Positions 7,724 to 12,775 of a stretch of DNA of 12,775 bases are shown here, one piece after another. A program made the position numbers and the translations under genes. The DNA lies in NCBI GenBank assembly GCA_030754595.1, contig JASLZZ010000042.1, forward strand, positions 1-12,775. The letters are read 5' to 3'. The number at the start of each line of letters is the position of its first letter. Positions within the stretch are counted from its first letter, which is position 1. The stretch is from Nitrospinota bacterium. GTDB taxonomy: Bacteria; UBA8248. The notes below the pieces were generated by a model. It was not told the DNA's origin. It saw only the letters and a program-made list of their open reading frames with translations, and searched no databases.

Positions 7724-7752
7724 TTGAGATTCTTGTTCAAGTTTGGTAAGTT
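7724..7752 (+). promoter_or_regulatory. Candidate sigma70 promoter for ftsK
   Basis: TTGAGA (7724-7729), 17-bp spacer, TAAGTT (7747-7752) with an extended -10 TG at 7744-7745, in an AT-richer intergenic patch. Confidence 0.45.
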
Positions 7753-7832
7753 ATCACCATATCCCTTCGCCCAAGGGGAATGCCCATTGCTTCCCACCCG
7801 GGAAGATCACGCATGGGCTGGAGAGTTGCGCG

Positions 7833-10800
7833 ATGCCAACTTGCCGCAAGGGCGCGTCCTCTGTTCATCCGATATCCAACCGCGTTAATGAAGTCGCCGG
7901 GCTGATCCTCATCGCCGTAGCGGTGTTTTCCGCGCTGGCCCTCTGGTCGTTTCACCCCGGAGACCCCTCCTGGAGCCACCGGGTAAGCGCCGGCTGGTCC
8001 GTCCGCAACTACGGCGGCTGGGTGGGCGCTTATATCGCCGGCGAGTTTGTCCAGTTAATGGGCGCGTTCGCGATGTTCATCCCTCTGGCGGTATTCGCGT
8101 GGGGGGTGAGGACCTTTACCGGCCTTCGCTCCTTGTGGCCCGGCTGGCAGGGGCTCGGCGGGCTGATGATCGCCTTGAGCGGGGCGGGGCTGTTCTACAA
8201 GGCTTTTCAGATTGACCCCCTTTTCGGGAAATCCACGTTGGCCGGCGGGTTGGTCGGATACGGCATGGCCATCATTCTGGAGACCTATCTCGGGCGCCTG
8301 GGAAGCTGGGTCGTGCTCATGGGCGCTCTGCTGGCGGCGGTGGTGGCCACCACCGGGTTGTCCATCGGCCAGGTCCTCTATTATCTATCCCGGGGTCCCC
8401 GGTGGATGCTCGTGAATCTTCTTCCTCGCCTGTGGGCGGCGGGGTATACCGGCGCCCACCGCTTGGTTAATTTTGTCTGGGATTCGGTGAAGGACTCCAT
8501 CAAGGCATCGAGACTGAAAAAGGCCGCCAAGGAGGCCAGGAAGTCCGCGACTTTCTGGAAAGAGTTCCGCGAGTCATGGTCGCGCCCTGATATTTCACCC
8601 TCCGGCGGCGGCGAGGCGGCCTCTGGCCTGGCCGCCGATGACGGGGCAGTCTCCCTGGCCGGGGCGGTCTCTCCAGCCGAGGAGCCGAACGGAGCCAAGC
8701 CGCGGTTGAACCCCGTCAACGGGAAAAATGGAATTTCGGGTGATTCGGGTGAAAAAAGTGTTCCCTCGGGCGAGGTGGATGAAAAATTAAGAGGGGGGCC
8801 CTCGTTTGGCCCCTCCCGCGCATCGGGGCCGGTGCTGTTCATGGGGCCGGCCGCCGAGGCGGAAGGAAAATCAGCGCCGAAGAACCGCACCGGTAGCCCC
8901 GAGGCTGGTGGCCCCGGGGCCGGTGGCTCCGAGACCGGAGACTCGAAGGCCAGAGGCCCGAAAGTATTGTTCGGCCCGGCGCTTGACGATGCTGATGAGC
9001 AGTCTTACCCGGAGGAGCCGGCGCCTCGTGGAAGCGGGGAGGGCGGCGGAGATGAGGCCGGTGTGCCAGAGACGGTTTCGGAGGCAGCCGGTCCCGACGG
9101 ACGGGACGAGGAGACGCGGCCGGAAAAGGTGCGGCTCGCAGAGGTTTTGTCCTCCGAAGAGGAGCCGGACACTGATAAAAGCGCCCTCCGGATCGGCCGA
9201 AAGGAAAATCCTGAAGAAAGGGAGGCCCAGCGTGCCCAGCGGGTCGAGCGGGTTGAGCGGGCCGAGCGGGTAGAGAATGAAACCCCGATGTCGATTCCCT
9301 CCCTGGAGAACGACAGCGATCCGGAAGAGATGAGCCTTTCCCTGAAACGGGCGCTTTCCGGTTCCGGGAGCCAAGCGGAAAATGGCGATACACAGGCGGA
9401 AAACGGCGATACAGGGGTGAAGGTCCGCCATGCGGGAGCCGACGGTGAGACCGGCATCGTGCGGATTGAGGACGACGCCTTGGTCTCCGATGGCGCTCCC
9501 GCCTCCAAAAAGGCAGGCTCCAGGAAAAACGGCCACTATGTCCTGCCGAAGCTGGATCTTTTCGCCGAGGCCGAAAGCAGCGCACTCATCGTTGACGAGG
9601 AGGCCATCCGGGAGAAATCCACCCTCCTCGAGCAAACTCTCCGCGAGTTCGGGGTCGAGGGCGAAATAACCGAGGTCAAGACGGGCCCTGTCATCACCAT
9701 TTACGAATTCGCACCAGCGCCCGGGGTGAAGGTGTCCAAGATCGCCTCGCTGTCGGACGATCTCGCCCGCTCCCTTGCGGCCATCAGCGTTCGCATCGTC
9801 GCCCCGATTCCGGGGACGAACGTGGTCGGCATCGAGGTGCCCAACCTCAAGCGGAGAGCGGTGCGAGTGAAGGAGCTTCTCGCCTCGCGCGAGTTCGGGC
9901 GGGCGAAGGAAAAGCTCACCCTCGGCCTGGGAAAGGATATCCTCGGCCGCACGGCGATCACGGACCTGGCCAAGATCCCCCATTTGCTCATCGCCGGCTC
10001 GACCGGATCGGGAAAGAGCGTGGCCATGAACATGATGATCTCCAGCCTTTTGGTGCGCTGTCACCCGCGGGAAGTTCGGTTTTTGATGATCGACCCGAAG
10101 ATGCTCGAGTTTTCGATATACGAGGGCATACCTCACCTGCTGGTTCCGGTCGTGACCGATCCCAAGCGGGCGGCCTCGGCGCTTCGCGGGGTTGTCGCCG
10201 AAATGGAGCGGCGCTATCAATTGATGAGCGAGCTTGGGGTGCGCAACATCGAGAGCTATAACAATCTCGTCACCGAATTCCTCGGTCCCCGGGAGGCGAG
10301 ACGCCGCAGGAGCCAGCACCTCGACGAGGCAGAGTATGTTAGAGATAAAGGAAATCCCGATTTCATGCCCTACATCGTTGTTGTCATCGACGAACTGGCG
10401 GATTTGATGATGGTTTCATCGCGGGAGGTCGAGGAGACCATGACGCGCCTGGCCCAGATGGCCCGCGCGGCGGGGATTCACCTTCTGGTGGCGACCCAGC
10501 GCCCTTCGGTGGATGTGCTGACGGGACTCATCAAGGCGAACTTCCCCTCGCGGATCGCGCTGCGCGTCGCGAGCCGCGTCGATTCGCGGACGATTTTGGA
10601 CATGAACGGCGCCGAGCGCCTTCTCGGGAAAGGCGATATGCTTTTCGTCCCGCCGGGAACGAGCGCCCCGGTCCGCATACATGGGGCGTTCGTTTCCGAC
10701 AAAGAGATCAAAAACCTGGTGGAATACTGGAAGGCGCAGGGACCGACGGCCTTCCAGGATGATCTGTTCGTCCAGGCCGAATCGAAGGAAAGCGCCGGCG

Positions 10801-11039
10801 CGGAGGAGCAGGATTACGACGAGCGCTATGACGACGCCGTCGCTCTCGTCGCCCGGACCGGGGAGGCTTCGATCTCTCTCATCCAGCGCCATCTTCGCAT
10901 CGGTTATAATCGCGCCGCGCGGCTTATCGAGCGGATGGAAGTAGAGGGCGTGGTGGGCCCATCGGAGGGGGCGAAGCGCCGCCAGGTTCTTATTCAGGAA
11001 ATCCCCGGGGCCGAGGTCGAGTCAATCGACGCCGTCTAG
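7833..11039 (+). CDS. ftsK: DNA translocase FtsK (~1068 aa)
   Basis: N-terminal membrane domain (SFHPGDPSWS...NYGGWVGAYIA), long linker, motor with Walker A AGSTGSGKS, MIDPKMLE, Walker B YIVVVIDELAD and LATQRPS-type VATQRPSVDV, and gamma domain ASISLIQRHLRIGYNRAARLIE. Start placed at ATG 7833 (GGAGAG at 7820-7825). The ORF-track TTG at 7743 lies within the predicted promoter. Confidence 0.96.
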   Translation: MPTCRKGASSVHPISNRVNEVAGLILIAVAVFSALALWSFHPGDPSWSHRVSAGWSVRNYGGWVGAYIAGEFVQLMGAFAMFIPLAVFAWGVRTFTGLRSLWPGWQGLGGLMIALSGAGLFYKAFQIDPLFGKSTLAGGLVGYGMAIILETYLGRLGSWVVLMGALLAAVVATTGLSIGQVLYYLSRGPRWMLVNLLPRLWAAGYTGAHRLVNFVWDSVKDSIKASRLKKAAKEARKSATFWKEFRESWSRPDISPSGGGEAASGLAADDGAVSLAGAVSPAEEPNGAKPRLNPVNGKNGISGDSGEKSVPSGEVDEKLRGGPSFGPSRASGPVLFMGPAAEAEGKSAPKNRTGSPEAGGPGAGGSETGDSKARGPKVLFGPALDDADEQSYPEEPAPRGSGEGGGDEAGVPETVSEAAGPDGRDEETRPEKVRLAEVLSSEEEPDTDKSALRIGRKENPEEREAQRAQRVERVERAERVENETPMSIPSLENDSDPEEMSLSLKRALSGSGSQAENGDTQAENGDTGVKVRHAGADGETGIVRIEDDALVSDGAPASKKAGSRKNGHYVLPKLDLFAEAESSALIVDEEAIREKSTLLEQTLREFGVEGEITEVKTGPVITIYEFAPAPGVKVSKIASLSDDLARSLAAISVRIVAPIPGTNVVGIEVPNLKRRAVRVKELLASREFGRAKEKLTLGLGKDILGRTAITDLAKIPHLLIAGSTGSGKSVAMNMMISSLLVRCHPREVRFLMIDPKMLEFSIYEGIPHLLVPVVTDPKRAASALRGVVAEMERRYQLMSELGVRNIESYNNLVTEFLGPREARRRRSQHLDEAEYVRDKGNPDFMPYIVVVIDELADLMMVSSREVEETMTRLAQMARAAGIHLLVATQRPSVDVLTGLIKANFPSRIALRVASRVDSRTILDMNGAERLLGKGDMLFVPPGTSAPVRIHGAFVSDKEIKNLVEYWKAQGPTAFQDDLFVQAESKESAGAEEQDYDERYDDAVALVARTGEASISLIQRHLRIGYNRAARLIERMEVEGVVGPSEGAKRRQVLIQEIPGAEVESIDAV
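9225..9275 (+). repeat. Degenerate 9-bp in-frame tandem repeat (AQR-AQR-VER-VER-AER-VE) in the FtsK linker
   Basis: GCCCAGCGT GCCCAGCGG GTCGAGCGG GTTGAGCGG GCCGAGCGG GTAGAG. Confidence 0.75.
9372..9413 (+). repeat. 21-bp in-frame tandem duplication (QAENGDT x2) in the FtsK linker
   Basis: CAAGCGGAAAATGGCGATACA / CAGGCGGAAAACGGCGATACA, differing at two synonymous positions. Confidence 0.85.
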
Positions 11040-12092
11040 GGAGGTTGGATTTTGGGGGGGAGCGGCGAGAAGTTCGATGATCTTCGAGGGGATGTCCTGA
11101 AGGGGCACCACGGACCCGGCTCCGCCGAGTTCGATTGCTTTTTTTGGCATTCCGAAAACAACGCTGCTCGCTTCGTCCTGGACGATGGTCCGTGCCCCGT
11201 TTTTCTTCATCCGGACGAGTCCAGCGGCCCCATCCTGTCCCATGCCGATCAGGATGACGCCGATGGCGTTTCCGTCCGCGGTCTTGGCTACGGAGTCGAA
11301 AAGAACGTCCACGGCGGGCCGACAGCCCCAAAGTTTTTCGCCCTGATGCATCTCCACCCTGTAGCCGGTTTCCGATCGGCGGATGGCCATGTGGTGGTCC
11401 CCTCGCGCAATCAGGGCCGTCCCGGGCCGAATTTCATCGCCCGGTTCCGCTTCCCTTACTTCCATCTCACTGAACTGGTCGAGATTCTGGGCGAACGTTT
11501 TGGTGAAATCCTCGGGCATATGCTGAACGGCGACGATTCCGGGCAAGTGGGCGGGAAGCTCACTGAAAATTTTCTTGAAGACCTCGGTGGCGCCCGTCGA
11601 GCCGCCGATGGCGATGATATTTATCGCGCCGGACGCGGTTAGAACGCGGGGCGGAGCAGAGGCTCGCGGGAGGCGGGGCTTGAGCGGATTTATCCCCGAG
11701 GCGGTACGTACCCGTTCGATAATCTCTTGCTTGAAATCCGTAACGCCCTGGCCGGAGTTGCCGATTGGCTTGCCGACGTAATCGACGGTTCCCAATTCGA
11801 GGGCTGACAGAGTGGACTTGGCACCTTCCTGGGTGAAATAGCTGACCATCACCACCGGGGTGGGTCGCTCGCGCATGATTTCGGCGAGGATGGCCAGACC
11901 GTCGGTGCCGGGCATTTTGACGTCAAGGGTGATGACGTCCGGGCGGGCCGAGAGGAGCATTTCTCGCGCTGAGGCGGTGTCACCGGCCGCTCCCGCCACC
12001 TCGATGCCGGGCGCGCCTCCGATAATCTCGGTGAGCAGACGGCGCATCATGAGCGAATCGTCAACGATCAGGACGCGAATATTGGGTGTCAT
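11022..12092 (-). CDS. cheB: Chemotaxis response-regulator protein-glutamate methylesterase (356 aa)
   Basis: Receiver domain VLIVDDS...DVITLDVKMP...DYVGKP, then a methylesterase domain with Ser (GGSTGA), His (VQHMP) and Asp (GMGQDGA), and QDEASSVVFGMP. Its 3' end overlaps the ftsK 3' end by 18 nt (11022-11039). Confidence 0.95.
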   Translation of the reverse strand: MTPNIRVLIVDDSLMMRRLLTEIIGGAPGIEVAGAAGDTASAREMLLSARPDVITLDVKMPGTDGLAILAEIMRERPTPVVMVSYFTQEGAKSTLSALELGTVDYVGKPIGNSGQGVTDFKQEIIERVRTASGINPLKPRLPRASAPPRVLTASGAINIIAIGGSTGATEVFKKIFSELPAHLPGIVAVQHMPEDFTKTFAQNLDQFSEMEVREAEPGDEIRPGTALIARGDHHMAIRRSETGYRVEMHQGEKLWGCRPAVDVLFDSVAKTADGNAIGVILIGMGQDGAAGLVRMKKNGARTIVQDEASSVVFGMPKKAIELGGAGSVVPLQDIPSKIIELLAAPPQNPTSLDGVD

Positions 12093-12311
12093 TTAAGCGG
12101 GGGCCATCAAAAAGACGGCTGCTGGTCAGGGCGCCGCCGGATGAATGATCCTGGTGCCTGAAAAATTCGCAGAATATAAAGCAACCGGGTCCTGAACGCC
12201 AGTGGGCGTTGAGGGCCGGAGCTGCCGAAATTCCGCGCTGGTTTTCAAGAAGCTTCGCAGAGGATATTCTCCGGGTTTGAGGTGTGTCCGACATCGGGGC
12301 CGTCATAGGTG

Positions 12312-12411
12312 GAGTGTTCTTTGGGGGCTCGTAGCTCAGCTGGATAGAGCGCAAGATTCCTAAGCTTGAGGTCGCAGGTTCGAGCCCTGCCGGACTCACC
12401 AAAGAACACTC
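12312..12411. repeat. Perfect 13-bp inverted repeat flanking tRNA-Arg
   Basis: GAGTGTTCTTTGG (12312-12324) is the exact reverse complement of CCAAAGAACACTC (12399-12411). Confidence 0.9.
12325..12401 (+). tRNA. tRNA-Arg (anticodon CCT), CCA encoded, with stem mismatches
   Basis: GGGCTCG-TA-GCTC-AGCTGGATA-GAGC-G-CAAGA-TT[CCT]AA-GCTTG-AGGTC-GCAGG-TTCGAGC-CCTGC-CGGACTC-A-CCA. The A20 Arg identity base is present. C4/A69 and A31/G39 are mismatched. Confidence 0.92.
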
Positions 12412-12775
12412 TATTTTGTCTTTCTGGTCGGACTTATCTCTATTTTATGTTTACGATGTCTAAAAAGAGTAGATGATATTAGGATAGTTCAGGATTAATT
12501 TAATTTAGATTTTGATGCTATTAAAGGCCGAGGGGTGATTGTGAACAATAAACTAAGAGTATTTCCTATTTTTCTAGCCTGTACATTTGCCGTTATAGCA
12601 GTTCCAAACACCGCATTTGCAGTAAGCTATAAAGACTATGACAAAGCTCTAGAAGGCCGCCAGAAGGTAAAGTTAGAAGGGATTTCTAAGGGTGACGGAA
12701 GAGAGCTTGACGCCTATTTATTCAAACCCAACGGCGACGGACCATATCCGGCACTAATAGCCCTACACGGAGCTG
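12402..12775. mobile_element. Probable edge of low-GC accessory DNA/genomic island downstream of tRNA-Arg (partial)
   Basis: GC is ~40% over 12421-12775 (hand count), starting right after the CCA. The ORF here uses AT-ending codons (CTA, ATA, TTA, GCA) unlike the core genes. Confidence 0.5.
12541..12775 (+). CDS. Secreted alpha/beta-hydrolase, dienelactone hydrolase-like (5' part only, truncated by the window edge)
   Basis: Not in the ORF track. GTG start after GAGGGG (12530-12535). Translation: MNNKLRVFPIFLACTFAVIAVPNTAFA|VSYKDYDKALEGRQKVKLEGISKGDGRELDAYLFKPNGDGPYPALIALHGA. This is a Sec signal peptide with an AFA cleavage site, then the LxAYLFxPxGxGPxPAxxxLHG pattern of DLH/S9-like hydrolases. 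Confidence 0.8.
   Translation, partial: MNNKLRVFPIFLACTFAVIAVPNTAFAVSYKDYDKALEGRQKVKLEGISKGDGRELDAYLFKPNGDGPYPALIALHGA

Noticed and set aside
3053..9043. KOPS-like GGGNAGGG octamers on the plus strand (3053, 4250, 5809, 9036)
   Set aside because: About 2-3 per strand are expected by chance at this GC content and length. My scan was not exhaustive, and the KOPS motif of this lineage is unknown.
8381..10892. Long antisense ORFs over ftsK, including the 482-aa 8871-10319
   Set aside because: They mirror the ftsK codons on the opposite strand and show no domain signature.
12061..12402. 113-aa minus-strand ORF (MVSPAGLEPATSSLG...)
   Set aside because: Its N-terminus is the antisense translation of the tRNA-Arg gene, a classic spurious ORF.
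1..12775. CRISPR array, IS element or rRNA
   Set aside because: I saw no regularly spaced 25-40-bp repeats, transposase motifs or rRNA-like sequence. The longer tandem repeats found are in-frame coding duplications.

Overview
GC-rich (mid-60s % by sampling) bacterial chromosomal segment. The AsmA-like gene suggests a diderm host. The core holds gltX, a UMF1-type MFS transporter, a 1251-aa AsmA/DUF748 protein with three internal ~172-aa repeats, ftsK and a stand-alone cheB that converges on and overlaps ftsK. Two outward-facing tRNA genes bracket the core: tRNA-Gln(CTG) on the left and tRNA-Arg(CCT) on the right. GC falls abruptly after both tRNA 3' ends (hand counts: ~47% for 1-480, ~40% for 12421-12775), suggesting tRNA-integrated accessory DNA on both sides. 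The right-hand DNA begins with a secreted alpha/beta-hydrolase that the ORF track misses. The most unusual signals are: (1) a perfect 13-bp inverted repeat that would clamp the tRNA-Arg acceptor end and bury its CCA, in a tRNA with stem mismatches; (2) the triplicated module in the AsmA-like protein; (3) a Xer-arm-like inverted repeat with a 14-nt spacer between gltX and tRNA-Gln. No complete new multi-gene system can be shown from this window alone.
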